From contig VJWM01000209.1 of the NCBI GenBank assembly GCA_010909165.1, forward strand, positions 1-64,000: DNA of 64,000 nt, given 5' to 3'. Position 1 is the first letter of the stretch. Every line of letters starts with the position of its first letter. The translations under genes were made by a program, and so were the position numbers. The notes beneath the pieces are model-generated. The model ran no database searches, was not told where the DNA came from, and saw only the letters and a program-made list of their open reading frames with translations. This DNA comes from Anthoceros angustus (taxonomy: Eukaryota; Plantae; Anthocerotophyta). Positions 47,439-62,640 of this stretch are shown here, piece after piece.

Positions 47439-49666
47439 ATGGAAGTGACATTGGGTGTGGAGATTGGAGTGGCGCTTGCAATTGCGGTGCTAGCTGTGGC
47501 CTGGCCAGTGTGGAGGTACTGGGAGCGGAGGGGATGTGGGCGCCCAAGGGCTCAAGCAGCTGCCGGGGACCATGGCTTCCCCTGCTGGGAGAGACGATGG
47601 AGCTGCTGGGCTACTTCAAGGTCGGGGATCCGAGACATTCACGGCCAAGCGCTTTCGCAAGTATGGCGATGTGTTCAAGTCACGTGTTAGGAGTCCGTAT
47701 GTGTTTTCACGGGCGCCGAGGCGGCCAAGCTCTTGCTCTCAATGGAGCACAAGCTGGTACAGGCGCACCAGTTCCTCCCCACGAGGCAGCTGGTGGGCAA
47801 GGAGTCGCTCCTCAATGTACACGGCCCCACGCACAAGTTCTATCGCAAAATTCTCAACGAATCCTTCATGGGCGAAGGCATTAGGAAGTATCTGCCGGTG
47901 TCGGAGCAATCGGCTCTAGAGACCCTCAGTTCCTGGAACTGGGCGACGTCCCTGTCATGAGACACGACATGGGCAAGGTGCGTGCAAGGAATGGGCCACT
48001 CTTACCGTTTGTCTGCAATCTAATTGCAATGTTTGTGCAGAGCTCGTGATGTTTGCTAACTGGTAGTTGCTGACGGTGCGCAGTTCGCTTATCATGTGAT
48101 CGTGGGACTGGTGCTGAGCTGGGGTCCTGGTTCAGTGCGTGACAGGAGCTTGGAGCTCACCGAAACAGTGAGTACCAGCTTGATCACGGTGCCCATCAAT
48201 CTTCCTGGATTCGCCTTCACAAGGCCATGCAGGTGGGAATTCGTTCCAGGCCCAATTTGGAGCACAGGTGTCCAATTTCTCCCAGGGCTTGCAATGGGCG
48301 CAATAAATCTAACAGTGCAAGTGGACTGGGCGTGCAGGCAAGAAAGGAGCTGGGTAAAATGTTCGACACCGAATTTGCGCTGAGAAGGAGCGGAAAATTT
48401 GTTCGCAGCGACCTGCTGAAATGATGAAGGCAGTCGACCCCGATTCTTCAAGCGACAAGCCTGCCCTGGACGACGAGCAGCTGAGGGACAATGTGCTCAC
48501 CATGATCGTTGCTGGCTCTGAGACCACCACCAACACACTCACCTGGCTTGCCAAACTGCATGAGAATCCCAGCGTCAAGGAGAAGCTGCTGGTGAGCCTG
48601 GCCCTGGGGATATATCAAGACGTCGTCCATAGGAATCGAAATTGGTTTGGAACAGCTTGGATCCAAGCGAGCCCCACCTTGTTGTTTGGTTTTTCTGTCT
48701 GTTTAACTGTAGGCTGAGCATTTGGCTCTGAGAAGAAACAAACAAGCTGGAGAGCACTGACATGGGCGGATCTCGGCCAACCGATGGCCTACACCTTGAA
48801 AGTGAGACTCGAATCCCTCAACATCCTCCAACCTAGTAGTGGCCCAATACTCACTGGAATCTGGCGCAAGCTAAGATCCATCTGTCTTGTCTCCTGTGTG
48901 CATGCAGGTGATCAACGAGGCACTGAGTGTCTTCTATCGCTTTCTGTGGTTGCATCGACAGGTCAAGGAGGACTTTACATTCAACGGTATGTATGCTGCA
49001 CCTGGCATTGGCAACCGTAAATATTCCTTCCCTACTCCAAGCGGGAGTCCTAACATGGGTCCTTTCTCACTACCTGACACGCATGTGCCACCTGCAGGAT
49101 ACCACATTCCTAAAGGCTGGAACTTTGTGCTCGACACTCAAAACTTGCACCATAGTCCAGACATCTTCCAAGACCCAGAGATCTTCAATCCCTCTCGCTT
49201 CGATGTAAGAGCCTGATCCTTGAATTCAACACTAGAATCATTACAGACGTCTCCGAATCATAGACAACGAACAACATCTTGGGAGTTATCTTGTGACACT
49301 GCGTTCTGATGCTACCAACAGGTGCCACTGAAGCCCTTCACCCTGCTGCCGTGGGAGGTGGAAGCAGATTGTGCCTTGGGAAGGAGCTGGCACTAATGAA
49401 CATGAAAGTGATGTTGCATCACATGATGCTTAAATTCAGGTGAGTCCCCATAATTCTTCTGCAATAGCTCACAAGTCATTTACAGTGCCTCTCTACATGT
49501 ATACTTCTTTGCTAACCGATGGGTGCCGACCCCGTGTTGAAACAGGTGGACAGTAGACAAGCCAGACACTGGCCTAGTCGTTTCGGGTCTGCCATACCCC
49601 AAAACCGGTGTCCCCATACGCATCGAGGCTGTCCAGGACTACTCGTCTGCCAACCGAGCTATGTAA
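47439..49666 (+). CDS. Cytochrome P450, CYP85 clan, 8 exons, copy 2
   Basis: Collinear with copy 1. The I-helix reads AGSETT; heme motif and splice sites are the same; scattered 1-bp indels. Confidence 0.92.
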
Positions 49667-50205
49667 TACATCAGAGCTTGGCGTAAACCTTGGGATAAAG
49701 TGATCCTGCCGTCGAAGGTTATGGGTCCGACAAGGTCTCCAACTGTAGTGCTTCAATATTTTATCCAGTGGGTTTTATTAAAAGGTGAGGTAGGACGTCT
49801 GGGACTATGGATCTTTCTGACAGTCCATTCCAGTTTTAGCAAAAGGTGAGGTACGGACGTCTGCGTCCCTCTGGCAGTCCCATTGCTGTCGCACGTTTCG
49901 ACGGCACTGTATTCAGAAAAGTTGGAGATTCTTTGAGAAAAGAGCTGCAGCATCTGCTTGCGACTTGACAAGTTCATACTTCATACTGGAGTCAGCAATG
50001 TGCGAAAGCAGGAGGGATTGCTGCAGCATGGCATTCTTGAAATTGCATTCCGTCCTTCAAAGAATCGCAGGGCAGCCATGGACGTGACGAGGGGCCTAAC
50101 ACGCGTATGATCAATCCTGCGTGGCGAGGAGATGACCAATTTGCTAATGTATCTGAAATATCTCCATGTATCTCAAATACGTGCAGAGATCCAGCCGCGT
50201 GCTAC

Positions 50206-51779
50206 GCTTAGCCGTAGAAATCAGGTGGCCAGGTGCGGGGCCCGCTGACATTGGTGTACTTCATGGTCATGTCTCGCACATTGCCATTAACATCCATGAC
50301 GTAGAGATCGTCTATACGGTCCAGCAATTCACCACCGGCCGGGTCCTTGTCCGAGGCATTTTTGTCTTTTGGTTTGTATATGATTACACTTGTCTAGCAT
50401 GAAGTCATCGCAGATGCTTTGGTTTAGTGGTCGGATCAGCCCCTGCACCGAAGCGATCCGGTCTTAATCCGTCTAGTCTGCATTTTGTGTGTCGGACACC
50501 CTTATGTCTAGTTTGCATTTTGTGTGTCGGACACCCTATGTCTGGACGCGATAACCCTTGTTGGGTTTGGCGTCACCCGGGTTGCCCTTGTTGGGTCCCT
50601 TGTTGGTTGTTGCCCTTGTTGGGTCCCTTGTTGGGTTTGGCGTCACCCGGGTTGCCCTTGTTGGGTCTGGCGTGACCCGGGTTGCCCGCGGCATACAGAG
50701 GTATATACATATGAATGCATACAGAGGTATACATATTCATATGATTGAGAGGGTATGGACTACATGGTCCTGGGTTGCCCGGTGGCATACAGAGGTATAT
50801 ACATATGAATGCATATAGAGGTATATACATATTCTGCCATAGGACCGATGCAAAGCCGAGGCATGAGGCCGGCATGCGGGCATGCCTCTCTTTCTTTCCG
50901 GCGTCTCCCTTTCCGGCAACGGGCGTCCGTCGTCGCTCCTCTCAACGGCTCCTTCCACCCCTCCTCTCAACGGCTCCCGTCCGCGCTCCTTTCAACGCCG
51001 TCCAACGCCGTCCTTCCGCACTGCTCACTCGTATGTGGTCCCAACTTGTTCCCACATCCCCTATTCTCGTTCCTAATGCGCTCCAAAACGAACGTTTCAA
51101 GTATCATAACCCACTTCTAATGCGGCTCAGTTCAGAGGAAGCTTGACTTGGGTACGATCGAGCAAGCAAGCGGTAGTCTCTCCAATATCGTGATGTCAGC
51201 GGAATGGAACATTTGCCTCACTCACTCAAGTGCAGACACCGGAGCCAGCATCTTCACCAAGGAGCCTCACACTCAAGTGCAGACACCGGAGCCCAGCATC
51301 TTCACCAAGGAGCATTTGTCATGGGCTGTGGGCGATCATCGAGGGAAGATCAAAATGCACATGAATGTGAAGCGCGCTTACATTCCTTCTGACCGTGTAG
51401 GTGATTTTATTGCAGGTGAGAAAACATAATCTATTACAGTATGTTCAAAATGAACAGGACAGTGGGAGTTCGTGATCGAGTGCTTGGTGAAGAGGTTGAG
51501 ACCCGAGACAGTTGAGACCCGAGACGGGTGACCATGAGGAGGAGCGCGGACGGAGCCGTTAAGAGGACGACGGATGCCCGTTGCCGGAAAGGAGACGCCA
51601 GAAAGAAAGAGAGGCATGCCCGCATGTCGGCCTCATGCCTCTCGGCTTTGCATCGTGGCGCCACACGGGCGATACGAATGGCAGGGCTCATTAAGTTTGC
51701 GTAAGCCTTAGGCGACGGGGGTCATGCACGAGGGAGTCAGCGGGCCCCGCACCTGGCCACCTGATTTTCACGTCTAGCC
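50206..51779 (+). mobile_element. MULE derivative, copy 2
   Basis: Same TIRs as copy 1, with TSD GCGTGCTAC at 50197-50205 and 51780-51788. Confidence 0.85.
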
Positions 51780-52555
51780 GCGTGCTACTGTCTCTGAAAT
51801 ATATGCGGAGCTCGAGCCGCGTGCCAACGTGTTCTAGACTCTGAAATTATGTGCCGAGCTCCAACCGCGTGCCGAATTTGACATATGTGCGGAGGTCCAG
51901 CCGCGTGGGCCGGGTCTCTTATTATTTAAACCCGCACAGTTCCTGCAGATGCTCGTATAAATGTGAGGCCCGCAAATCTGAGGCCCGCTTTTACTGACCG
52001 GCGGTTGCGTCCCATGTATGAAATTCACCAGCCTGCTTGTCTGCTGCCTCGCGTCGCAGCCCCGGCGAACATCGCATGTTTCGAGGGGTGAGGCCTGTCA
52101 GTCTTGGGCTGGTCAGGCGTCGTCTCGTCAGCCTCTCGACGCTCTGACATGCCTGGTAATGCCACTGGAGGCCACAAGTTTTGCGACCCCGGTGGATGTA
52201 AACCAAAATCACGAGTCTGTCCAATGCCCATCACCCACGCATACCGGCGGTCAGAATGTGACAAAGTTTTCAACTACGATTCGGCCAGGGTCACTTTGAC
52301 TTGTCGTACGAAAAGCGTTTCATGACATCACGAGGACGTAAAAGCGTCCAGTGTCAGTGAAGTGCAGCTTGCGTGCATGTAATACAGAATTCTGTGTGTA
52401 AGGTAACGTACAAGTGAAGCTTGCATGCCTTGTAGACTTTGGGCCATAATATTATAGAAGTCATAGAATACCCCGTCCCTTAGGCTATAATGCCCCGCCG
52501 TTTAATCATTCCGGCGAAGTCAGTTGTGTTGCCCAAGTGCTCACGGTCATCAGGA

Positions 52556-55500
52556 ATGGCTGCAGCGACTGTCACAAGAGCAGCAGCTGCAGCTGCTTCT
52601 CCGACCAGCTCAAGGTGGTGTCCGCAACGCCAACGCGGAGTGGCCAAGATACTCGGGGAGCATCGATATCGTCCAGTCGATCAAGAGAAGAGGATGCAAG
52701 GCTTCCAAGGCGGCACATGTCGAGGCTTGGCAGGTGCATGCGTCCGCTGCGCATGGGCTTGGGCCGCTGCAAGCTCAGGCCACAGATTTACAAGCTGCAG
52801 AGCGCGAAGTGGAGGTGCTGGAGCGGGCTGTGCCACTTCCGGATGATCGATATGATCCGGATGCAGATGCGGATGCGGAGATCCAGGAGTCGATCCGAAG
52901 CATCCAGAGTATGCTGCGGTCACTCGGGGACGGGGCCATCTCCGGGAGCCCCTACGACGCGGCCTGGGTGGCCATGGTGCCGGCGGCGGGCGGCGTCCCG
53001 GGGCCGCACTTCCCCGAGGCGCTGGAGTGGGTGGTGCGTTCGCAGCTGCCGGAAGGCTGCTGGGCGGGCGACGCGCACCTCTTTAACGTCTACGATCGCC
53101 TGGTGGCGACTCTGGCGTGCGTGGTAGCGCTGCGAACATGGAGCGTGCATCCCGATGCCGTGCGGAAAGGGTGCGCCTTCATCCGGCAGCATATGCACCA
53201 GGTGGATTCCGGAACCACATCCACAGAACCGTGGGGTTCGAGATGGTGTTCCCGGCTATGCTGGAGCGGGCGAGCGCGCTGGAGCTGGATCTGCCGTACG
53301 ACGCGCCCGCCAGCACCCTTCTGCGGGAGCGGGAGCGCAAGCTGAAGCAGATTCCGGTGGAGTTGGTGCAGTCAGCCCACGACGCTGCTGGCGTCGCTGG
53401 AAGGGATGGACGCCCTGAAGGGCTTCGACTGGGACAAGATCCGGAGGCTGCAGTCGCCGGCGGGCCACATGCTCACCTCTCCGGCCTCCACCGCCTGCTT
53501 GTACATGCACACCGGGGACAGCAAGGCGCTGCAGTACCTCACCCTGCTGGTGGAGACGACGGGGTGTTATCCCCAACCACTCGCCTGTCGACATCTTCGA
53601 GCGGCTGTGGATCGTGGACAGGCTGCAGCGTCTGGGAATCGCGCGCTACTTCAAGCCCGAGATCAAGGACATCCTGGACTTCGCCTTCCAGCGGTGGACG
53701 GAACGGGGCCTGAGCTGGGCCACCGATTGCAATGTCACCGACCTGGACGACACCAGCATGGGCTTTCGCTTGCTGCGCCAGCATGGCTATCCTGTCTCTG
53801 CAGGTGCCCTCTGTACACTCACGCATGTATCTTGGCTTGCATCCTTGGCTTGCTCCCGCTTATCACACTTGTGGTGACTGTGTCTGTCTACTACTCATGT
53901 GATGCAGATGTGTTCAAGGCATTCTGCAAGGAGACCACTCGTGCTGGGTCGACCACGGGTGCGACCTGGACACCGATGTCACCCCATGTTCAATCTGCAC
54001 CGCGCGTCCGAGATGCGCTTCCCACACGAGGACTTGCTGGACAAGGCCTGGGAGTACACGCGCTTTCATCTGGGGGAGAAACAGCGACAGCCGCAGCTAT
54101 CGGACAGGTGGGTTGTGTCCAAAGATCTCCGAGGAGAGCTGGAGTACGCTTTGAGCTGCCCCTGGTACGCCAGTATGCCTCGCTTTGAGACCAGGGCTTA
54201 CATCGACCACTACGGCCCTGACGACGTGTGGATCGCCAAGAGCCTCTACAGGTGAGTACCTTCCGTCTCACATCGCTTTCACGCAATGATGAGCTCCTGA
54301 CAGCTGAGAAATCAATTGGGCATCCATGTAACTGCATCCATCTCTTTCCGAATTGTACAGGATGTATGGCGTCTGCAATTCAACATTCCTAACCCTTGCA
54401 AAAGCAGACTTCAACAAATTGCAAACCATGTACCGCGCGGAGCTGGAGGCATTGAAGGAGTACGTGCAGTTCAAGTTTCCCATCATCCGATCCTCACTAA
54501 TAGCCACAATGTCTGAAGAGGAAAGACTTAAGCTTGCCTATTAACTTCGCTTCCAATTCGCTCTGTGCACCGGTAGATGGGTATCAGAATGTCGCTTCGA
54601 CCGTCTCCCATTTGCTCGCCACGACAGGGTGATTCCAGGCTTCCGTGCGCGGCTGCCACCTCCTTCGAACCGGAGATGGCTGCGGTGCGCAGGCCAGGAC
54701 CCAACTCATGCTCCTGGCCACCATACTCGATTACGATTACACCACCCTGTCAGGAGTTCCCCAGGACGAGCTCGACCGGTTCCAGGCTGCCACCAAAGGT
54801 ACCGTTAGCCGGTCATCCACTCGTAGCCATGCCACTGTCACTCGCCGACCGGACCGGCTGTCCCTTCTCACTGCCTGCAATTGCTTGCTTCAACATCTGT
54901 GTCCTTCTGCAGCTGGGACCCGTCCATGATCGACCACACCAACCACAGGCAGCGCATCGTTTTCATGGGCATCTTCGACACCATCGTCGAGATAGCCGAC
55001 AAAGCATCCAAGGAGCAGGGCCGCGATGTTAGTAGGCATGTGATCGCATCGGTGAGTGACTTCACTTTAAGGCTCTACTCTCCGCATTCCTAACAGCCTA
55101 GTGCATCCTCACTTGCTTGTGCAAGCATTGGCTCACCTACCTCCCACGCGCAGTGGCAACGCTACGCAGAATGCGTGAGCATCCGAGCCAAGTGGAAGCG
55201 GGAAGACACCATTCCCACCTGGAACCAATTCATCCCAGTCGGCGCAATCTGCATCAGCGCGGAGCTCTGCAGTTTGGGACCTGGCTTCTTGATACCCGGT
55301 GTGGGGGTGAGCGAAGAGGCCATCAACTCGGAATACTACGACCTCCATGAAGTCTCCATGGTAGCGCGCCTCTTGAACGACCTCAGATCGTACCAGGTAC
55401 GCTAATATGTAGTGAAGGTGAGATTGCACATGTCTGCATACATCACACAGCATACATGCATATGACCCGTCCCATGTCCAATCCTGAATTGCCACAGAAG

Positions 55501-55777
55501 GGGATATCGGAAGTGAACAGTATGGTTGTTCATATGAGAGAGTACCCGGAGAAGAGCGAGGAGGAAGCGGACCACGACATCCGAGCTATAGTGGAATCAA
55601 CATGATACAGCTGGTGCAACATGTCTTCACTCCATCGGCTGTGCCCACCCTGCAAACTCGTCTTTTGCACAATGCCATTGTCGCATATTACCTCTACGCA
55701 GACAACGACGGCTGGTCCTCCCCTCAGCCAAGATGCAGCACCACTTTAACCAGCTTCTTTTCAACCGTGTGATTTGA
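52556..55777 (+). CDS. Diterpene synthase, copy 2
   Basis: GDGAISGSPYDAAWVAMVP, DLDDTSM, YGPDDVWIAKSLYR, RLLNDLRSYQ; stop at 55775-55777. Confidence 0.94.
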
Positions 55778-57849
55778 TGTACTTCAGCCACCTCTATCAA
55801 CTTCACTGCAGAAGTCGTTACCACAAGTAGTAACCTAAGAAACCTGTGTACATTTTGAAATCTCACAGTTCAGCAAGTGTGTGCGTGCAAACCCTTTCCT
55901 GCCAACCTCTTTTTCTGCAGACGGAACCATATTCCATGTGTAGCGTCCCACGCTACCTGCCCTGTACACCTGCACAAGTTCCTCCGCCACGTGGCAAGCC
56001 ACCATGTACCGACTCAGCGAGGATTTTCAACAGGCCTGACAAGGCCTGCATTTGCTCGTCCACCAAGCCTTCCATCTCCTGCATATCATAGAGGTTCCCT
56101 TGAATGACCGATTTTTGCAGCCAGGGTGTGCCGGACATCTGGTACCCTGTCAGGCACAGCCTGCGAGTAATATATGTCACAAAAGTTTATCTGCAGTCGG
56201 GAACCATATCCCATGTAGCGTCCCAAGGTACCTGCTCTGTACACCTGCACAAGCTCCTGCGCCACACGTGGCGAGCCACCATGTACCAACGCAGCGAGCA
56301 TTTTCAACAGGCCTGACAAGGCTTCATTTGGTTCCGTTGAATGACCGATATGTTGCAGCCAGGGTGCCGGACATCTGATACCCTGTCAGGCACAGACTTC
56401 AGTATATATATGACACAATGTTATAATAGGGAATGCACAAAAGTTTCCATCTCCCCACACCTCATACCTCTGGACCATTAGGTTGCTCAGCATTACCATG
56501 CAGCTTCCAGCTCGAGTAGACATCACGCGCATTATTCAGTAACGAGAGCGAGTACCTTGCAATCCGCTCATCTCCTACCACGGACTCTTTTGTGGCTCCT
56601 GAAGAGCAGGCAGCAACATCAGCCAACAGAGTTTCAAGTGTTTCTAACAAAAGCACCGGGCCTGTAGGTGGTGGGAGACTGTACCAGTCAATGACAGCTT
56701 CAACCTTGTCTCAACATCACGGATCTATTGTACCAGCAATCCAGGTGTGTCAAGCGCATAGATGCTTGGATGTCTACCAACTTGGCACGACGCATGTTAC
56801 CCACCTATGTCAATTGCCAGCAGGCAAAGGCTATCACCACTCGCCTCAGGCTGGAAGATGATGACATATATCAAGTGCTGGTAAGGACATATCCCAGACC
56901 TGGGAGCCTGATCTGTTTCGGTGACTCCAGGCAGAGGTCCAAGTTGCTTTTTCAAATGCTCCTGCAGTAGACAAAAGCTACGATCTCAGATAGACAAGGC
57001 TTGGCCTCCAAAGGCTCCAATGACTCTCCTGATGCTATATGACTCTCATGTGCAACAAACAGCGCTAGCAACAAACAGTACCTGGAAACCCCGATCTTGT
57101 GAGCTGACCCATCTTGTTCAGAATAGCTGACTTGCGCACGCCCTGGCGACATCAGCAGCAAGGTGGGCTCTTTCACTGGCTCTCTTTCAGCCAATCCCTT
57201 GCTTTCACGCATCAGCGCCTGAAAGCTGAGAAATCAACAATCCATGTGACTGCATCCATCAAGGGTCCACCAAGCTTTCCATCTCCTGCAGGTCATCCAG
57301 GTTCCCATTGAATGACCGATATGTTGCAGCCAGGGTGTGCCGTACATCCGAGACCCTGCCAGGCACAGCCAGCGAGCATGACATAATATTAGAGGAACAA
57401 GACTGAACGAAAGTTTCCATCTCCCACACCAACTTGAGAAGGCTTCATACCTTTGGACCGTCAGGTTGCTCAGCGTTCCCATCCAGCTTCCACCTTGAGT
57501 AAACATGGCGCGTATTGAGAAGCGAGCAAGTACCTCGCAATCCGCTCTTCCTACAACCGAGTCTTCTATGGTTCCTGAGGATTAAGCAGCAACATCAGCC
57601 AAATAGAGTTTCATATGGTTCTAACGATGACACCAGTCCTGTAGGTGGTGGGGAGGCTGCAATACCAGTCAACTACCATCTTTAGGGTGGAACACTAATC
57701 TTACCTGGCCCAAACAGGCAATGGCTAGCCAAGACCCTTATTAGGGCCTGCGGAGAGAGGCACATGTCTTCAGAGCTTCGTCAGGATAAGAACTTTGGGG
57801 TTTCAAACCGACGCTGTAGAACATGGTTCCCATGGCCAGGCACAAAGCA

Positions 57850-58620
57850 ATTCATTGCAAGACGTAGCCAGTAGTAACCTACGTCTCTGGACATGTTGAT
57901 GAAGGACCTTCGAGTGAGGGTAAAACACTGCATCAGGGTGCTGGCTTCGCTTCCTGTCGACTCTTGCAAGGGGCGGAATCTGCCATGGTGGACAAGGTAT
58001 ACCAGCATCCACAAAATGCTGATTCAACACGCGTACGGGACATCCAGTCACCACATGGAAATGACAGGAGCACGCATTCAAATCGCGACGCCTGCTCCAC
58101 CAATCTGATTATCCTCTACACGGCACCAACGTAGATCGTCCTGCAGAACTAGGTCGTTGAACAGCTCAAAGACTTCGCTGCTGGGCTGGTGAATAGAAGT
58201 GATGACAGTCCGTCCATCTGAAGCCAAATTCTTCAAGGTAGTCGTAACAAAGAAGGCTGCAGCACTGCAACAAGCCCACCTTCCATTTTAGCACTGAATG
58301 ATGAGTAGAAGCAACAAAAAAATAACTCCGAATGCACCATCCACACCTTTCCAAGTCACTGATAGGCTCATCCAGATGCAAAAGGCTTGGTAAGCAGCTC
58401 CAAGGCAATGGTGACCCATCTCTCTCACCTCCGCTCACCCCTCTGAGATGTTAATTCTCTATGGGCGTGTGCAAAGCTACTGAAGACCCATTCCTGGATC
58501 GTGGTGTTAATGATTCTGTGCCCTGGGCATCCTGACCGGAAGCCGGAAGAAAGCCGAGTACACCATAGTCTCAAATACGGTGAGCGTCCCGGGCAAGTTG
58601 TCATTCTCCGTCACATAGGC
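57850..58620 (-). pseudogene. ABCG11-like fragment, copy 2
   Basis: Collinear with 38770-39560 ([28 protein letters not shown]). Confidence 0.85.
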
Positions 58621-59101
58621 CTACAATCACAGCAGCGATGAGCTCCCAGTGACAGTAACTGTCCCAGTCCCAGCCCCAAAACTCATTCCCACTTACCGCC
58701 ACGCACGACAGCCACTACTTGCTGCCATTGAGATAAATGTGCCCCAGTGCGTCTGCCTCGCATTCTTGGCCAACCTCCCTGCCCAAACGACATTGTGATC
58801 CATCACACCGGTCACTTCCTGTGACGCGTTGTGCGAGATCAAGCCCTTCCCCAAGGACTCAACAAAACTGTCACGTCCCACATGCCTGCCAGAGTGTCGA
58901 GAAGGGTTGATTTGCCGGGAGAAGGCCCCATGATGTAGCACGTCATTCCTTATTTAGGCTTTCGTCTGTGACGCCTTCGTGTGATGATGGCATTGTACTT
59001 CTCGTGTGGTGATGCCGTCTGTGCTTCTTGGTGTGATCCTCCCAAACGTCAAACATTTTGAATCTGGTAATCGTCATCTCTCCAGGGAATCGAGACTTGT
59101 G

Positions 59102-59796
59102 ATGGTGATCCCAATTGCAACCGGAGGGATCCAGGTGTCACAGTGTGTGTGAGGCAGCAGAGCCTCCGCGAAATTTGGCAGCCTTGAAACGGGTCTGCGC
59201 GATGTGGTAACCACCATGGTGGTTCCCGCCGGAGATCCAGAGAAGAAATCGCACGAGAACGAAAGGTGTGAGATCCGTAGCCTGGATCAGCTCATCCCCA
59301 ACGTGTACGTGCCTTCTCCTGCTGTTCGATAAAACCCCGAGATCGGGATTGGCGGGACTGGTGGAGAGCTCAAACAGTCGCTGGCTAGGGTGCTGGTGCT
59401 CTTCTATCCCATGGCGGGCAGGGTGGTGGAGAGGGCGGGCCAGCCGCCGCATCTGGTGTGCAACAATGCCGGTGCCGTCTTCACCTCCGCGCACGTGGAC
59501 GCTCCCATGAGCCAAGTGTGTGGAGTCGGCATTCACTTCCAGCCGGTGCCACAAATCCAAGGGACATTGATGAGGCACAAAGTTGAGATTGCAGAGGCGG
59601 AGGTGGAGGTGGGAAGCAAGCCCTTGTGGTTCATGTAAGCCTCAGCCTCTGAGTGTTGTGCAAATGGAAATCTTCCATGGGTGCTGTGGAATTCAGGTGG
59701 CGGGGCTGCGGCATATGCATGCAGGTGACGGATTTGAGTGTGGAATTCAGGTAGCGTGGCCCTGGCTGTCAGCTGGCTGCATGCCAGAGCATGGCA
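59102..59796 (+). pseudogene. BAHD acyltransferase fragment, copy 2
   Basis: FYPMAGR and CNNAGAVF present; same LTR breakpoint as copy 1. Confidence 0.87.
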
Positions 59797-62640
59797 TGAC
59801 ACGGAAGCGTAAAGAGGAAAGGCAGAAAAACAATTGAGAGTGAAACAACCACGTCGAGGAGAACATATAAAAGTAGTTATAAAACCCAATCTAGGATACC
59901 TACTCATATGTCAGTAACCTAAGTAATAACTAAAAGTATTGTTCAAACGTGCCCTAAGTAGGGCTCTAACTTGCACAATCTCAACACTCCCACTCACGTT
60001 TGGAACAACGTGAAATGAGACTAACAAGCTAACATGTCCAGTTCACTCTTGATAAGAACATAAATGTATAGCAGTTAACATATGATGAAGAAAAGCTCCC
60101 ACTTATGAAGAACCACTTGATAAATCCACAAGGCCTAAAGCGGAAGAAATACTCATGCTTGCCTTAGATAAACTCTTTAGTAAATATATCGGAGGTTCTC
60201 CTCCTGGGAACATACTCAATGGCGAGGTTCTCCTCCGTGGGAACATACTCAATAATACGTGATGCTTCGCTAATTGTCTTATAAAATGATGATGAACACC
60301 AATATGCTTAGTTCGAGCATGGTACTTGGCATTCTTAGTTAACGCTATTGCCGACATATTGTCACAATACAATAAAGTTGGTGAGCCTTGAACTTGATCC
60401 ATCTCCGCTAATAAGGATCTTCCAGCTATAGCTTCCTTACCAGTGTCAAGGAAGCATACTCACTCTCAATTGAGTCTGTCACAATAAAGTTGGTGAGCCT
60501 TGAACTTGATCCATCTCCGCTAATAAGGATCTTCCATTCGGCTTCCTTACCGACTAGTGTCAAGGAAGCATACTCACTCTCAATTGAGCTAAGAGACACA
60601 CTCTGTTGCTTCTTACATGTCCATGAAAGCAAGACACTACACATGGTGAAACAATAGCTAGATAAGCTTTTCCTTGTAGCAGGATCTGCCGGTTGTCGCA
60701 CCAACCACAAGTAGCAACCTTCTTGTTCCGGATCTCTTGTCAAGCCCAACATACATAGTTCCATATAGGAAGCGATAGATGCGTTTACCCAACCCAATGC
60801 TAAACCGAGGATTAGAAAGGAATTGCGACACAATGGAAACAGCATGTGTGATGTCGGGCGAGTCCAACCACTAAGGAAAAGTAAACATCCCTCGCTTCCT
60901 ATAAGGTGTATGAAGCATCCTCTCATTCCTCGGTTGTAGTAAATCTTGAGTAGATAGGGTTTGCCAGTGCAAGTGGAGTGGCTGCGGGACATCTTGCCTC
61001 AAGCTTGAAGTGATTAAGAGCTCTTTAACATACTTAGATTGATAAATGCTAAGTGTACCTTCTTCCCTATTCCAGCAATCGAACTCCAAGGCAATAAGTA
61101 AGAGTTCCAATATCCTTCATCTTGTACTTGGAACTAAGAGTTGCCTTAACTTCCGATAAGAGGTCTTGGCTATTCGTAGCAATTATTATGTCATCCACAT
61201 ATAAAGCAATAATAACAAGCTTCCCATCCTTGCGTAGGAAATATACATTCTCAGAATCACAACGGACAAAGCCAATCTCTACAAGAGTGCCATCTATATC
61301 GACATACCACTTCAAAGGGAGTTGTTTGAGTCGTAAATACATTTCAAAGTCTGCAAACTAAGTCTCTAGTTTTAGGATCTACAAACCCTTGGGTTGCTCC
61401 ATATAAATAAGCTCCTCTAATTTACCATATAGAAAAGCAGGTAACATCCATTTGTTGTAGATCTAAATCTAACTCATTGCTAATGCTAACAAGTATCTAA
61501 TTGTCTCCAACTTAACAAGCGTGAAAAGGTCTCATGATAATCTACTCCGGGAACTTGACTATATCCCTTAGCACACAAACGTGCCTTGTAACGTTCTACA
61601 CTACCATCAGCTTTCAATTTGATACGAAATACCCACTTACATTGAATTGGTTTCCTACCATAAGGGAGCTTAACTAATTCCCAAGTATTATTCTCTATCA
61701 AACTATTATATTGGATAATATAGCTGCCTCCCACTTCTCCTTATCCGGTCCAGATAATGCCTCTTCACGTGTGAGTTCAATAAGATTAATGCTATGTAGG
61801 CTTGGACTAATGAGGGACAGGAGTTAATGAGTTCACATCTAAATTGGGTTCATTTCTCAAATTAGATAAAGGGCAGCTAAAGAATTATTATTTTGGGTGT
61901 TGGAAATGGTTGGTGCGCAGTGGCAGATCTCTGGATGAGACTTGGGCGATTCTATGTGCAAAGAGGCATCGGTGGTCACGGGATCGGATGTGCCAAGATG
62001 CAGCGCGAAGGCGCGTCCCTCCCAGATCGCACCCTCGGTGATACGGCTCAAGCAGTGGAGATCTCTGGCGTCCTTGCGGCGCACTGGATCGGGAGGAGGC
62101 TGTAGGTGAGGTTGCACCACAGGGTAGCCTTGCAGGAGATGTGCAAGGTGAGGCAGCGCCCTATTGGATCGAGCTGCGGCTGATTTTGCTCTGGATTAAA
62201 GGCGCAGGTTTCTAGACCTTTGTGGGAGCAAGTCTTGCAGGATATGATGGCTGATTACAGGCCTTTGTAAGGCGAGTACTTGTTGGGCGCCGGCCCTTGT
62301 CGGGTGTGTGCAGGCGCTCCCATCCTCGATCCCACTCGGACGTGCTGGTCATCAGCTCCCACTCACATCTGCAAGGTCGGTCAAAGGAGCAACCTTGCAC
62401 ATGTCTGCTGGTTCGACGATAATGGATGGTGCTCCTCCAATTCTCTCCCTCGGCGGTGGACAGGCGGTGCTCGTCAATAACAACACTCCTGAATACATGA
62501 TCCGAGTCTCGGGGTTCACCAGCTTGTATCCCTTTATGCCTTGAGATATCCCACAAACAGATCTTGTTGGCCTTAGCATCGAGCTTGGCGAAGTTGTTTG
62601 GATATATGAGCATATGCAGTGCTCATCTGAAGATGCGACA
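59797..62640 (-). mobile_element. 5'-truncated Copia element, copy 2 (LTR at 59797-59986)
   Basis: [26 protein letters not shown]; LTR and PPT match copy 1. Confidence 0.93.
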